Source of the DNA: a virus
Lineage: Duplodnaviria > Caudoviricetes
IMG/VR virus record: IMGVR_UViG_2788500073_000001
Span: 16,313-80,312 of that record
Length of the DNA stretch: 64,000 bases
Strand: one strand, 5' to 3'
A program made the position numbers and the translations under genes. Positions 36,921 to 46,646 of the stretch are shown piece by piece (the stretch's first letter is position 1; each line of letters starts with the position of its first letter). Under the pieces are notes generated by a model. It did not search any database. It had not been told where the DNA came from and saw only the letters and a program-made list of their open reading frames with translations.

Positions 36921-38930
36921 ATGAAAGTGAAAAGAATAACAGCCATGGTATTGGCTGCTTTAATGACCAGCGCTACTACAAGCGTGGCGTTTGCCGTACA
37001 GCCAGGCGAGGTCGATGACGACCAGGTTTTGAACTTCTATGCTGGTCCCATCGGAGATGACCTCTACATGATGGACGAGGATGGATTTATCCGTGCGGCG
37101 GCCCCCGGTGATTTTGCTCCCGGCGATGACATCTATCTTTCACTGATGGAGTACCAGGGCAACTTCAGCACCAGGGATGTCAATGGCCTGTATGTTTATG
37201 ATTACTGGGATATTGGCAAGAACTGGGTTGAGGATGTAGAGATTGTTCACAAGAAAGGGCAATGGAAAGAGGCTGAGGCGCCGGCTAAGATCTATGAGAT
37301 CTTTGGCACCGGGATTGGAGCCTTCGATAATGTGACCTTCTCCACCTCCAAGACCTACGATCATACGCTGCTGGCTTTGGCCAAAGAAGCACTTGAGGCA
37401 GAACGGGCTGCGGCTGAACAGGAAATTTTCAACGGCTATTCTGTAGAGGAATCGGGAAAAAAGTATCGCTATGATGGCAATACTTATACTTCCACGGATG
37501 AAGTGGCCAATGCCGCAATTACCGATGGAATTTATCAGTGGCGGGAGTATCACACCATTGACGGAGAGATTGGCTTTGGCGCCTTGCCCGACTCGACCAC
37601 AGAGGGGTATCTGAACGGTAAGACTTTGTTCTTAACTGAAGAAGAAGCCTTGGAAAGTGCAAATTGGCATCAGTATACAGCAGCCGATGGGGAGCTGTAC
37701 GCCGTTGAACAGTACATCGGAGGGTTCGGCTCGCTGGCAGAAAGCCAGGGAGATGATCCCAATGTTAAAACACTGCTTGAGTATCTGAGCATGAATGGCG
37801 TGGATACCAGCTCGGTATATGTCAACTCCGAAAATTCAAAATTCCTTATCCTGAATGCAGGAATGACTTCCGATGTATTTGCAGAGCAGGTTGGTTATAC
37901 AGCGGTAAATGAGACTGTTTACTATAAGACAGAAAACGGCTCTAATACAACAGTTGATGTAGAAACCGGGCTGAATGGATACTTCAAGCAGGCTTCCGAT
38001 GCCGGTTATACATCGCTTGTTGGTGCTGACAAGGATAGCGTCTATGACGATTTGGACCGCTCTGGCCTGGTAGAGCCTGTTTTTGAAGAAACCGTCTATA
38101 TTGTAGATGGAAAGAGGCTGACCGAAACAGAAGCCAAGGCCGCAGCTGCTGCAACTGTTCAGGGGGTACTGGACAGTATGACCAGAAAAGACAATATCAG
38201 CGATGGTACGGCTGTTGCCGCTTATTCCCGCAACCCCACCGGCGATTATGACGGTTATGTTACAGACTCTGGATACCATTACTGGCTGAAGATTTCTACC
38301 AGGCGGTCCACCACTACAAGGGATGTGGATATTGTAGGTGATCTCGGAATCGGAACCAACCGCAGGGAAGCTGAGGAAAACACGATTGATATAGATATTA
38401 CCCTGAGCAATGCGGACTCTGATATGGATGACGAATACTATGATTATGTCTATATCGAACCCGGCAAGCGCGCTGTTGTGGACTTTGGAGACGATGCCAG
38501 CGATGAGTTTGAGGTAGAGTTTGGCGATGACGCCTACTTTATCTTTAACGCCCGCAGCCAGAGCAAGTTGAACCTGGCTTATAACACCAAATTCAACCGG
38601 GAGTTTGCTTCTGACTACGATCACGCCAATATCGACTTCATCAACTTTGAGGCAGAGCCTACCACCAATCGGACCGGTACGCTGTATATCTATGCCGATG
38701 AGGATAGCTACATCTACGAAGTGACCTCCAAGGGCGCCAAGAAAATCTCTGGTGCTTACTACGATGATGACGAGGAAGCCTGGGTGATCCGTACCAGACA
38801 CCTGACATCCTATGCTATCTCGGATAAGAAACTCAAGACTGTGGACCAGATGGATGACAGTTCTTCCATCAACAAGCCCAATAAGCCTAATAGTGAAGAC
38901 GACAAGTACAATCCCGACACAGGCCGGTAA
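36921..38930 (+). CDS. secreted/surface acidic protein ending in NPDTGR
   Basis: Sec signal ending in AFA; terminator 38952-38988 follows. Confidence 0.8.
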   Translation: MKVKRITAMVLAALMTSATTSVAFAVQPGEVDDDQVLNFYAGPIGDDLYMMDEDGFIRAAAPGDFAPGDDIYLSLMEYQGNFSTRDVNGLYVYDYWDIGKNWVEDVEIVHKKGQWKEAEAPAKIYEIFGTGIGAFDNVTFSTSKTYDHTLLALAKEALEAERAAAEQEIFNGYSVEESGKKYRYDGNTYTSTDEVANAAITDGIYQWREYHTIDGEIGFGALPDSTTEGYLNGKTLFLTEEEALESANWHQYTAADGELYAVEQYIGGFGSLAESQGDDPNVKTLLEYLSMNGVDTSSVYVNSENSKFLILNAGMTSDVFAEQVGYTAVNETVYYKTENGSNTTVDVETGLNGYFKQASDAGYTSLVGADKDSVYDDLDRSGLVEPVFEETVYIVDGKRLTETEAKAAAAATVQGVLDSMTRKDNISDGTAVAAYSRNPTGDYDGYVTDSGYHYWLKISTRRSTTTRDVDIVGDLGIGTNRREAEENTIDIDITLSNADSDMDDEYYDYVYIEPGKRAVVDFGDDASDEFEVEFGDDAYFIFNARSQSKLNLAYNTKFNREFASDYDHANIDFINFEAEPTTNRTGTLYIYADEDSYIYEVTSKGAKKISGAYYDDDEEAWVIRTRHLTSYAISDKKLKTVDQMDDSSSINKPNKPNSEDDKYNPDTGR

Positions 38931-39076
38931 TTTGCTTGGCGTTCTGGAAACAAAAAAGAGAGTGAATTTTCGTTCACTCTCTTTTTTATTGTTGATTTTA
39001 ACATATTAAGTCATTTTTCTTAACTGTGATGTACTCGAAATCATAGTTGGCATACTGTTGCCTTTCTTTCCTCCTC

Positions 39077-39649
39077 TCAAAGCAGATTCAGATGGGTTTC
39101 CAGCGCCTTTTCGATACGCTCCGGTTCAATGCCAATGTACCGCTGGGTTGTCGCCGGCGACGAGTGCTGCAGAAGCCGCTGAACCAGAGCAATGTCTTTG
39201 CCGTTCTCATTATAGATACTGGTGGCAAAGAATTTGCGAAAGGAGTGGGTGCTGATGTTTTCATACCCAGGCCCCAGATAGTCGCACACCATGGCCAGGT
39301 GGTTCTGGATCGTCCGCTCGGAGATCGGGAAGATCACATCATCGGCCCCAATCTTGTTTTCGATGCAGTAGCTCTGCAGATAGGTGTAGAGTTCCACCGG
39401 GACGGTAAAGGTCCGTTTCTTTTTGGTCTTTTGCTCAATGAGGTCCAGCCGATACCGTCTGCCATCCCGGATGATGTTGCTGAGGGTCAGCTTACGGGAG
39501 ATGTCGGAGATCCGCACACCCAGGTTTGCCTCCACTACCAGCGCGGCCGCGACTCGTGGATTGGGCCGGTGATCCAGAAATCCTTCCTGGATCGTCTTGA
39601 TGATCTCGACATACTGCTCGGCGGTGAGCGCCACCGTCCGTTTGTTCAT
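39077..39649 (-). CDS. small tyrosine recombinase (resolvase-like)
   Basis: GVRISD, EQKTKK, HSFRK, LQHSS, TQRYIG; catalytic domain only. Confidence 0.9.
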   Translation of the reverse strand: MNKRTVALTAEQYVEIIKTIQEGFLDHRPNPRVAAALVVEANLGVRISDISRKLTLSNIIRDGRRYRLDLIEQKTKKKRTFTVPVELYTYLQSYCIENKIGADDVIFPISERTIQNHLAMVCDYLGPGYENISTHSFRKFFATSIYNENGKDIALVQRLLQHSSPATTQRYIGIEPERIEKALETHLNLL

Positions 39650-39800
39650 AAAGTCACCTCCTGATAAAATTGCGTTTTTTCGCGGCCTAAATTGCGTATT
39701 TTTCGCCGTTTTTTCGGCCGTTTTTGAAGAATGGCTTCATTGCTTGATTTTGCGTTGCGTATTTTCATCAAAAAACGCAATCCTGAATTGGGATGGAATT

Positions 39801-40115
39801 TCAGCCCTGAATCGCCGAAATTGCTTCGCTCTTAGTTTTGAAAACAGATTTGTTCAAGGCTTCGCCCTCAAAATGATAAAAGCCGTTATTATCAAATATT
39901 ACCAAGGATAAAATCAACTGTTCGTCCTCGTATATGGTGGCAAAAATAATACCGGGTTCGATCTGTTTTGAATCAAAATCAGCGTACCAGATGGCATCAC
40001 CAGTATGGAGTGGCACCGGTTTACCGCCCAATCGATCGACTAATCGTAATCCGAAAATTTCTTGCACCTGTCTAATTTTTTCTCGCAGTTCCTCATTTGA
40101 CATTGGTTCTATCAT
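39801..40115 (-). CDS. hypothetical protein
   Basis: ATGA-coupled to the upstream gene. Confidence 0.6.
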   Translation of the reverse strand: MIEPMSNEELREKIRQVQEIFGLRLVDRLGGKPVPLHTGDAIWYADFDSKQIEPGIIFATIYEDEQLILSLVIFDNNGFYHFEGEALNKSVFKTKSEAISAIQG

Positions 40116-40324
40116 ATTCTCACCCTCAATTCCTGCAGATCGTCCGTTCGGATTCCGACCAGATACCAGTCATCAGCCATCTCGATCCGAGTGGGCTTCC
40201 ACTCGCCATCAATCAGGACATCAAAGCATTCCCCGCAGTGCAGGCCGCCGTAGTAGCAGCCAAGATCAAAGCGAATGTCGTACCGATCCGTTGCGAGGTC
40301 ATAGATCAAAGTTCCCTGTTTCAT
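40112..40324 (-). CDS. DUF5348-like protein
   Basis: 'GGLHCGECFDVLIDGEWKPTRIEM...WYL'. Confidence 0.75.
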   Translation of the reverse strand: MKQGTLIYDLATDRYDIRFDLGCYYGGLHCGECFDVLIDGEWKPTRIEMADDWYLVGIRTDDLQELRVRI

Positions 40325-40911
40325 AATGAGCTCCTCCCGATTTGGTTGAACGGAATTATTTTTGCTACATGCTGTTCATTGGCCGGACGGCTCGACTGAT
40401 GAGGACTCACATCCTGAAATCCAGCCGGGGACACATGCACATTGGTCAGGATGAACTGGACGGGAATGATCTGGCCGTTCTGCAACATCCGCACTTCATA
40501 AAACTTAAAACGCCCCGGCGCTTCTAATTTCACATCCGAATTGGTGATCACGCTCTGTACCAGATCCGGCGCCATACTGGCTTTCACGCCAAGGCTCTGC
40601 ACTTCATCGGGACCGGCGACAAACGGATTGGCTGCCAGCGCCTCCACCCGTTTTTTCAATTCTTTCTTCGCGGCGCCGAGCGATGCAAAATATTGGATGT
40701 CAAATTCGCGAAGCCCGGTAGTATTGATGTGGCTGAGATCCGCTGTGCTCACTTTATAAATACGGTCATGAGACAGCTCCCAGATAACCTTTCTGTGGAG
40801 CTTCACAAAATCCCGTTCTTCTTCTGAAAGGTCATCATGGTTCTCCATACCTTCTACAAAATCCTGAAGGTACTGGATCAGTTCATCTCTGCTCAGGTCA
40901 CTGATTTCCAA
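40321..40911 (-). CDS. hypothetical protein
   Basis: RBS AAGGAGG then TTG at 40911. Confidence 0.65.
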   Translation of the reverse strand: MEISDLSRDELIQYLQDFVEGMENHDDLSEEERDFVKLHRKVIWELSHDRIYKVSTADLSHINTTGLREFDIQYFASLGAAKKELKKRVEALAANPFVAGPDEVQSLGVKASMAPDLVQSVITNSDVKLEAPGRFKFYEVRMLQNGQIIPVQFILTNVHVSPAGFQDVSPHQSSRPANEQHVAKIIPFNQIGRSSL

Positions 40912-40928
40912 ATTTCGATCCTCCTTTG

Positions 40929-40994
40929 CATTTAATCTCTTCACTTAATACATTTAATCTCTTCACTTAATATATTTAATCTCTTCACTTAATA
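40929..40994. repeat. 3 x 22-bp tandem repeat
   Basis: (C/T)ATTTAATCTCTTCACTTAATA three times. Confidence 0.92.
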
Positions 40995-41024
40995 TATAGT
41001 AAAAAAAATAAAAAAAACGACCAA
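40995..41024 (-). promoter_or_regulatory. class II element promoter (copy 3), overlapping the ncRNA terminator
   Basis: TTGGTCGT-N15-TACTATA. Confidence 0.65.
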
Positions 41025-41503
41025 TTCGGCGCGCTCCCGAATTGGTCGTTTGGAGTGTCCACACCTGCTGTGCAGTCAGGTGCTTTCACTGCCGTGATTT
41101 GGTTGCACACTCCAAATCACACATTGCATAAAAGGAATCCAACAATCCCGCTTTCAGGCTATAGAGCCCTGATCCCAGAGCGGGCAGGGATTTCGCATCA
41201 AACCCAGGCCGGTGCCTCTTCTCCCATGCGAACAGGAGGGGCCATGCGAACTTTATACGGTGTTACCCGTTCAGCCCCGGCATGGTGGGGGGTGTTGCTG
41301 CGTCTCCTGAACACAGCGCAAAGGATGTTCACGCTCTGTTCAGGAGACGAAAGGGAAAATACATTAACGAGACGGAGTTATGCGCTTTTTGGAAGCGACC
41401 CACATTCTCGCCGGTCCATTTGCGGTTTCCTGGAGTGTTCTCAACAGGAAGGGCCGCCATGCTCACCCATTTTACCGGGCAAGGAAAGTATTACATGGAA
41501 TAC
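41011..41503 (-). ncRNA. candidate ~490-nt structured stand-alone RNA
   Basis: Own promoter 41510-41538, terminator 41011-41051, no minus-strand ORF in the track, long hairpin 41301-41349 and others. Confidence 0.65.
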
Positions 41504-41538
41504 ACTTAAATTGTAGACGCATTTTTGTATCGTGTCAA
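41486..41538 (-). promoter_or_regulatory. partial ninth repeat copy (promoter and palindrome only)
   Basis: TTGACACGATACAAAAA...TACAAT, then GTATTCCATGTAATAC. Confidence 0.85.
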
Positions 41539-41678
41539 CAACTTGCTAAGGTATTTCCCTCCTCATTTTCGCAAAAAGAAAAAAGCCACCCGCAGGTGGC
41601 TTTTAAAGAGTGGTATACTAAATTTCCGAACCCAGAAAAGTGCTTTCTCCTCTCGGCGAAAGCACCTTTCCTGTTTAA

Positions 41679-42170
41679 TTACATGAACTCGATTTGTCCG
41701 CCATCAAAGCGATAAAGCGGGATTTCATTTTCTTTTGCGAATTCGATCTCCTGCTGCATCCCTGCCGAGATCACCGGCCCACAGATTACCAGGCCGGAGC
41801 AATGGCGTAGCACTTCAAAGTCAAACGCCATCGCAGCTTCCCGAGAGGCTGGATCGGAATCATCCAGCTCGTTGGGCAGCGAGGTGTGTGGAGCATAGGC
41901 ATAGACCTGTTCTCCGGGGAAATCAGCAGCCATCAGCTTGCCGACCTCGGCTTCGTAGCGTTCTGCAGCAGCCATATTAGCCTGTACAGCTTCCGGTGTT
42001 GCCGCAGACAATGGAGAGGCAACATAAAACACCAGGCTTTGTGTTGGGTACTCTCTGATTTCAAGATACCGGTTGCACGCATGGCACCACAAACCGACAA
42101 ACGGCGTTGCGGCTGCTTCGGACCAAATCACCTCTAATGGATGCCCTTGATGAAAATGATGTTTTTTCAT
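41679..42170 (-). CDS. DUF4406-like (nucleoside deoxyribosyltransferase-type fold) protein
   Basis: YVASPL, YAPH, 'CGPVISAGMQQEIEFA...IP'. Confidence 0.65.
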   Translation of the reverse strand: MKKHHFHQGHPLEVIWSEAAATPFVGLWCHACNRYLEIREYPTQSLVFYVASPLSAATPEAVQANMAAAERYEAEVGKLMAADFPGEQVYAYAPHTSLPNELDDSDPASREAAMAFDFEVLRHCSGLVICGPVISAGMQQEIEFAKENEIPLYRFDGGQIEFM

Positions 42171-42179
42171 AGCAATACC

Positions 42180-42641
42180 TCAGAAGGGCAGGTCATCTTC
42201 GTCCCCGTCGATTTCCTGGAAATCATCCAGGGACGGAGCTACATAGCGGGTCTGATCGTTCGAAGAAGTGCGGGGCGCAGCTGTAGCCGCCGGAGCAGAT
42301 TCGCTTCCGGTTGTCCTGTCCCTCTTGCTGCCACAGAACTCGAACTTCTGGACCTCAAATTCCACCATGGTGATGGGATACTGCTGGCCTTCGATCTCTT
42401 TTTTATAGGAAGTGTACTGCGCTTCGATCAGCAGCTCGCTTCCTTTCTGCGTGTTATTGGCCAGACGTTCAGCGACACTCTGCCAGGCAACAAAAGAAGG
42501 GTATTCGGTGATCGTCCCCTTTTTTGAGCCGGCATAGCGATCGCAGGCAAGCTGGAACCGGCAGACGGAAATGCCGCTGTTGGTTTTCTTCAGTTCAATA
42601 TCCTTTGTGAGACGGCCGTGAAAAATGTTCTTCATAAACAT
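42180..42641 (-). CDS. ssb: single-stranded DNA-binding protein
   Basis: GRLTKDIELK, KGS, C-terminal DDLPF. Confidence 0.92.
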   Translation of the reverse strand: MFMKNIFHGRLTKDIELKKTNSGISVCRFQLACDRYAGSKKGTITEYPSFVAWQSVAERLANNTQKGSELLIEAQYTSYKKEIEGQQYPITMVEFEVQKFEFCGSKRDRTTGSESAPAATAAPRTSSNDQTRYVAPSLDDFQEIDGDEDDLPF

Positions 42642-42660
42642 AGTTTTTTCCTCCTGTACT

Positions 42661-42936
42661 TTAATAAATCTCGCCGCAATCCAAGGCTCCATCCGGGTCA
42701 TCCGGAGGAAGGCGGTAGACGCTTTTTCCCTCGGAAATGGTGCGGATCATTTCTTCCATGACAACCTGAGCCTGCTTTTCAGAACGGTATGTAGCAATCG
42801 TGCGATTATGGCTGCCGACACCATAATAGAAGATTTTGATCTCGGTTTCCCCCATGACCGTGCCAGGTGCAGCGTCCACCTTAAAGATGGAATCAAAATT
42901 GACGATGGTTTTTTTGTTTTGTGATACAATAATCAT
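42661..42936 (-). CDS. phage-type hypothetical protein
   Basis: RBS AAGGAGG; first gene after repeat copy 5. Confidence 0.7.
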   Translation of the reverse strand: MIIVSQNKKTIVNFDSIFKVDAAPGTVMGETEIKIFYYGVGSHNRTIATYRSEKQAQVVMEEMIRTISEGKSVYRLPPDDPDGALDCGEIY

Positions 42937-43013
42937 TTTGTATCCTCCTTTTGTTTTTGGTTAAGGTTTCATCGACATCTATAGGAAAAGAACCTACTTG
43001 GTATAGAAGGTCC

Positions 43014-43186
43014 TTGAATTTTCACAAAAAAAGGCACGGTCACGCCCAAAAGGGCGCAATCGTGCCGTTAGGTTTCACACCGGCCAGCTGTCAGCATGGA
43101 CAGGAGGCCTTACTTTACTGCTTCGGTGAGCAGCAGATACTTTCATGGAATATCTGAAGTGTACCCCCGTTTTTGTATCGTGTCAA
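43014..43186 (-). promoter_or_regulatory. dispersed promoter-leader-terminator repeat, copy 5
   Basis: Same cassette upstream of the ssb operon. Confidence 0.92.
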
Positions 43187-43209
43187 GGGCTTTTCCCCAA
43201 GCATCATTA

Positions 43210-44007
43210 TCAATTTTCACTTCCGCCTTTCGCCTCTTCGGTATACATGAGGTTCTGACGGCTGATGTAACCACTCTTTTGCAACAGCTCGGTGAGATCC
43301 TTGACAGCATTCTGCAGATACGGGTTGTCCTCAAAGCTCTTTTTGGCCGCCGCACAGGCAGAGTATTCCTGCTGGGCCTCGGCCAGGATCGACTGCCGCT
43401 TGTCGATTTCCTCCTGGATATTTCGAAGGAAGCCTTCCGTATTGTCACAGGCACGGGTGGCGTCCTCCCGTGTATACCAGCCCAAGCCAGTGAGATAGCG
43501 TTTAAGGGCCCCGCGCTTATTAAAGGAAGTCTTTTTCAGAGGGATCTCGCCGGCACAGATAGTGCGCACACGGCTTTCCAGTTCCCGCATCTCCTTTACG
43601 TTGTCCTCAGCTGTCTTCTGCTGCTTTTCGGCATCCCGCAGCCGATACCGCAATCCGTTGGCCACCGACTCATAGGTGGATTCATAACGGTGTGCCTTGA
43701 TGTCAATGACCATCAACTCAAATTGTGGATCGCGGTAACAGATCCGCAGAGGTGACAGCGGCTTATCACTGGCCCGTGTGATCTTGCAGTTGGCCAATGC
43801 CGGCAGTTTCCCAATCTGCTGGATCAGGACTTCATAAAGTTCATCTTCCGCATAACCCAAAAACTCCAAGGTCTTTTGCAGAAGATTCGGCTTATATGCG
43901 TCGTAAAATTCGCTGAGGATCCGCGCAGGGTCTTCAACGATACTGCTAAGCCGGTCAACTTCTTCATGGATTTCCTTTACTTTCAAATCAAATTCACGCT
44001 TGTCCAT
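43210..44007 (-). CDS. coiled-coil hypothetical protein
   Basis: RBS AGGAGG; charged helical composition. Confidence 0.7.
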   Translation of the reverse strand: MDKREFDLKVKEIHEEVDRLSSIVEDPARILSEFYDAYKPNLLQKTLEFLGYAEDELYEVLIQQIGKLPALANCKITRASDKPLSPLRICYRDPQFELMVIDIKAHRYESTYESVANGLRYRLRDAEKQQKTAEDNVKEMRELESRVRTICAGEIPLKKTSFNKRGALKRYLTGLGWYTREDATRACDNTEGFLRNIQEEIDKRQSILAEAQQEYSACAAAKKSFEDNPYLQNAVKDLTELLQKSGYISRQNLMYTEEAKGGSEN

Positions 44008-44030
44008 GATTTTCGCCTCCTCTACTTAAT

Positions 44031-44061
44031 ATATAGTAAATTTTTTGAAATTTACGACCAA
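44031..44061 (-). promoter_or_regulatory. class II element promoter (copy 4)
   Basis: TTGGTCGT-N15-TACTATA. Confidence 0.65.
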
Positions 44062-44358
44062 AAAAGTACGCTGCAATTTGACAAACATAGAAAGAGAAGC
44101 TATAATAATAATTGAAAGAAAGGGGCGCTAAAAACGGTCCGACCAACCGAGTCCCGGCCTTTCGCTTTATCACAAATAGAGATACACTTACCATTTGTCT
44201 GTTCCTCTTTTGTGGTTTTTGGTTAAAAGATTTCTATGTAAGCACTTACAAGAAAGCCGCTCGAAAGGGCGGCTTTCTTGTTTGGACAAAAAGAAAAGAG
44301 CCCTTATGCAAGTTGGTGCATAAGGGCTCTTTTGCTGTTCTGATGAAAAGGAATTGTT

Positions 44359-44628
44359 TTATGTTATCCAGATCTCTTTCCCTTTCCACTGTTCCCAGAT
44401 TTCAGGGAGACTTGCCTGGATGATCCGTTCTGCTTCTGCCCTGGAACCACAGGAGTGGGTCCCCCAGCGGCTGCAAAGCGCTTTAGCCTGTTCCCAGCGT
44501 GGAACCATACCAGCTCGCAGCGCATTCGGGGAGGGCTGCAAAAGAATGGTTTCTTCTATGTCATCCCAGCAAAATCGGCATAACACGCATGTTTCTGGTT
44601 GTTTAAAATCCGCCGTGTGCCACAACAT
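44359..44628 (-). CDS. hypothetical protein
   Basis: RBS AAGGGGG before ATG 44628. Confidence 0.5.
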   Translation of the reverse strand: MLWHTADFKQPETCVLCRFCWDDIEETILLQPSPNALRAGMVPRWEQAKALCSRWGTHSCGSRAEAERIIQASLPEIWEQWKGKEIWIT

Positions 44629-44671
44629 TGCAAATCCCCCTTGATTTATTATACATGTCCTCACGAAATTT

Positions 44672-46549
44672 TCAATCCACCGGCAGAGGCGCCGGCGCAT
44701 TTTCCACCTTCAGCAAATCCTTGATGTCGGTGATAAAGGGGCTGACGAATGCGGGGTGCTCGTGCAAAAACCGCACGGCGCTGAGCTCCAGATCGTCGGT
44801 GGCCCGCGTCATTCCGACATAAAGGATGCGACGTTCTTCTTCAAGATCTTCCGCGTCTTTATGGGGGATGACACCGTTCACACAGGAGACCAGGAAGACA
44901 TGCCGGAATTCCAGCCCCTTGGCCCGATGGATCGTGGAGAGCGTGACAGCATCTTCTCGCTGAGCATTCTGCTGGTATGCCATCCGCTGCAATTCTACAT
45001 AATCCAGGAGATCTTCAGCTGTGGAGAATTGCTCTCCAAGGGATAGCATCTCCTCAACGCTCTCCATCCGTTCTTCATACAGTTCTTCCGCAGCATCGGT
45101 TTTCAAAAAATCTCTGTAACCGATGTCGTCGTAGATGTAACGGAGCAAAGCTGTAAGGTCTGAATTGGCATTTCGGTTCAGCCAGAGCAGTTGAGAGGCA
45201 AGGCGGTCGGCATTTTTACGGTATCGCCATTCCAGAGCGAGGGGATTTTTCGTCAGAGCTTTTCTCGCACTGGCGCCGGTTTGGCCCATATATGCCGTCA
45301 TGGCCTCCCGAAAGGCGTTCCCAAAGTACCGGTTTGGCCGGTTCAACACCCGAAGGAGGGCGTCTGACTCATCGGGATTCACGGCCAAATTCAGATAATC
45401 CAGCACATCCATGACATACGGCTGTTCCCAGAAGCAGCGTCCGCCCTGTACCTTAAAAGGAATGTTGCGAAGCAAAAGCGCCTCCTCACATACCCGGGAA
45501 GAAGCGTTTGTGCGGTACAAGATCGCCATTTCTTCATATTCCTCACCCGATTCGGCCAGACGTTTTACCTTCCGAGCCACACCGTCCGCCTGGGCTTTTT
45601 CGTCCTCATAGAGGATAAACGAAGGCGATGAACCGCTGGGACGACTGGCTTTCACATCCTTGGAAAACTGATGGAGGTTCTTTGCAATCAATGCGTTGGA
45701 GGCCGCCACTATTTCCGGCGTGGAACGATAATTGGTATCCAGGTATACGGTCTGGGTGTTCGGAAAACGGGTCGGGAATGTCAGGATGTTTTTTACATCC
45801 GCGCCGCGGAACCCATAGATGCTCTGCCAATCGTCTCCAACAACAAAAACATTGTTTCCGGCCGGAGTGATTAAGCGCAGCAGCGCATCCTGTGCTGGAT
45901 TGGTATCCTGGTACTCGTCCACCAGGATAAAGTCCCAGCGGCTTTTCCACTCGGCCTGAAGGGCTGCATTTTCACGAAGAAGGTAGACAGGCAGATCGGT
46001 CATATCATCGAAATCATAGTAGCCGTTTTCAGCCTTAAAGGCTTCATAGGCAAGATAAACCTGGTAAATAGCAGCCAGGTCTGAGGGAAGACCTTTTTGC
46101 GCCAGGCATTCCTCCGGCCGGCGCAATGTACCTTTCAGGATCCCGATCGTGGAAGAAATATGCTTGGGCGCCGCATTTTGTTCTTCCAAGATGGTCCCCT
46201 TCATGACATCTTCAATAAAACGGATCTTCTGATATTCCCGCATCAGCGTTCTGTCCTCCGTATATCCACTGTTTCGGAGAATACTGAGCCCCAGCGCGTG
46301 GAAGGTGCTGATACAGACTTTTTGAGCACTGGGACGCAGAAAAATACGTTCCCGCATCTCCCCCACAGCTTTTTGTGAGAAGGTGATGGCCAATATCCGC
46401 TGGGGGCGCGCCCCTCGGTTTAAAAGAGCATTGACTCTGGCCACCAATACGGCGGTTTTGCCACTGCCAGCGCCGGCGATCACGCAGCACGGTCCGTCAA
46501 AGTGATTTACGGCTGCCAACTGATTGGCGTTCAATTCCACTTCATTCAC
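44672..46549 (-). CDS. uvrD: UvrD/PcrA-family SF1 helicase
   Basis: AGAGSGKT, VDEYQDTN, VGDDWQSIYGFRGA, NYRST, HRAKGLEF, YVGMTRA. Confidence 0.93.
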   Translation of the reverse strand: MNEVELNANQLAAVNHFDGPCCVIAGAGSGKTAVLVARVNALLNRGARPQRILAITFSQKAVGEMRERIFLRPSAQKVCISTFHALGLSILRNSGYTEDRTLMREYQKIRFIEDVMKGTILEEQNAAPKHISSTIGILKGTLRRPEECLAQKGLPSDLAAIYQVYLAYEAFKAENGYYDFDDMTDLPVYLLRENAALQAEWKSRWDFILVDEYQDTNPAQDALLRLITPAGNNVFVVGDDWQSIYGFRGADVKNILTFPTRFPNTQTVYLDTNYRSTPEIVAASNALIAKNLHQFSKDVKASRPSGSSPSFILYEDEKAQADGVARKVKRLAESGEEYEEMAILYRTNASSRVCEEALLLRNIPFKVQGGRCFWEQPYVMDVLDYLNLAVNPDESDALLRVLNRPNRYFGNAFREAMTAYMGQTGASARKALTKNPLALEWRYRKNADRLASQLLWLNRNANSDLTALLRYIYDDIGYRDFLKTDAAEELYEERMESVEEMLSLGEQFSTAEDLLDYVELQRMAYQQNAQREDAVTLSTIHRAKGLEFRHVFLVSCVNGVIPHKDAEDLEEERRILYVGMTRATDDLELSAVRFLHEHPAFVSPFITDIKDLLKVENAPAPLPVD

Positions 46550-46646
46550 CCTTTCCTGCTTTTTAGTCTCTACTCTATATATAGTGAATTTTTCAAAAAT
46601 CCCAACAAAAAACGCCCGGTAAAATGCCGGGCGTTTTGGGGAAGGG

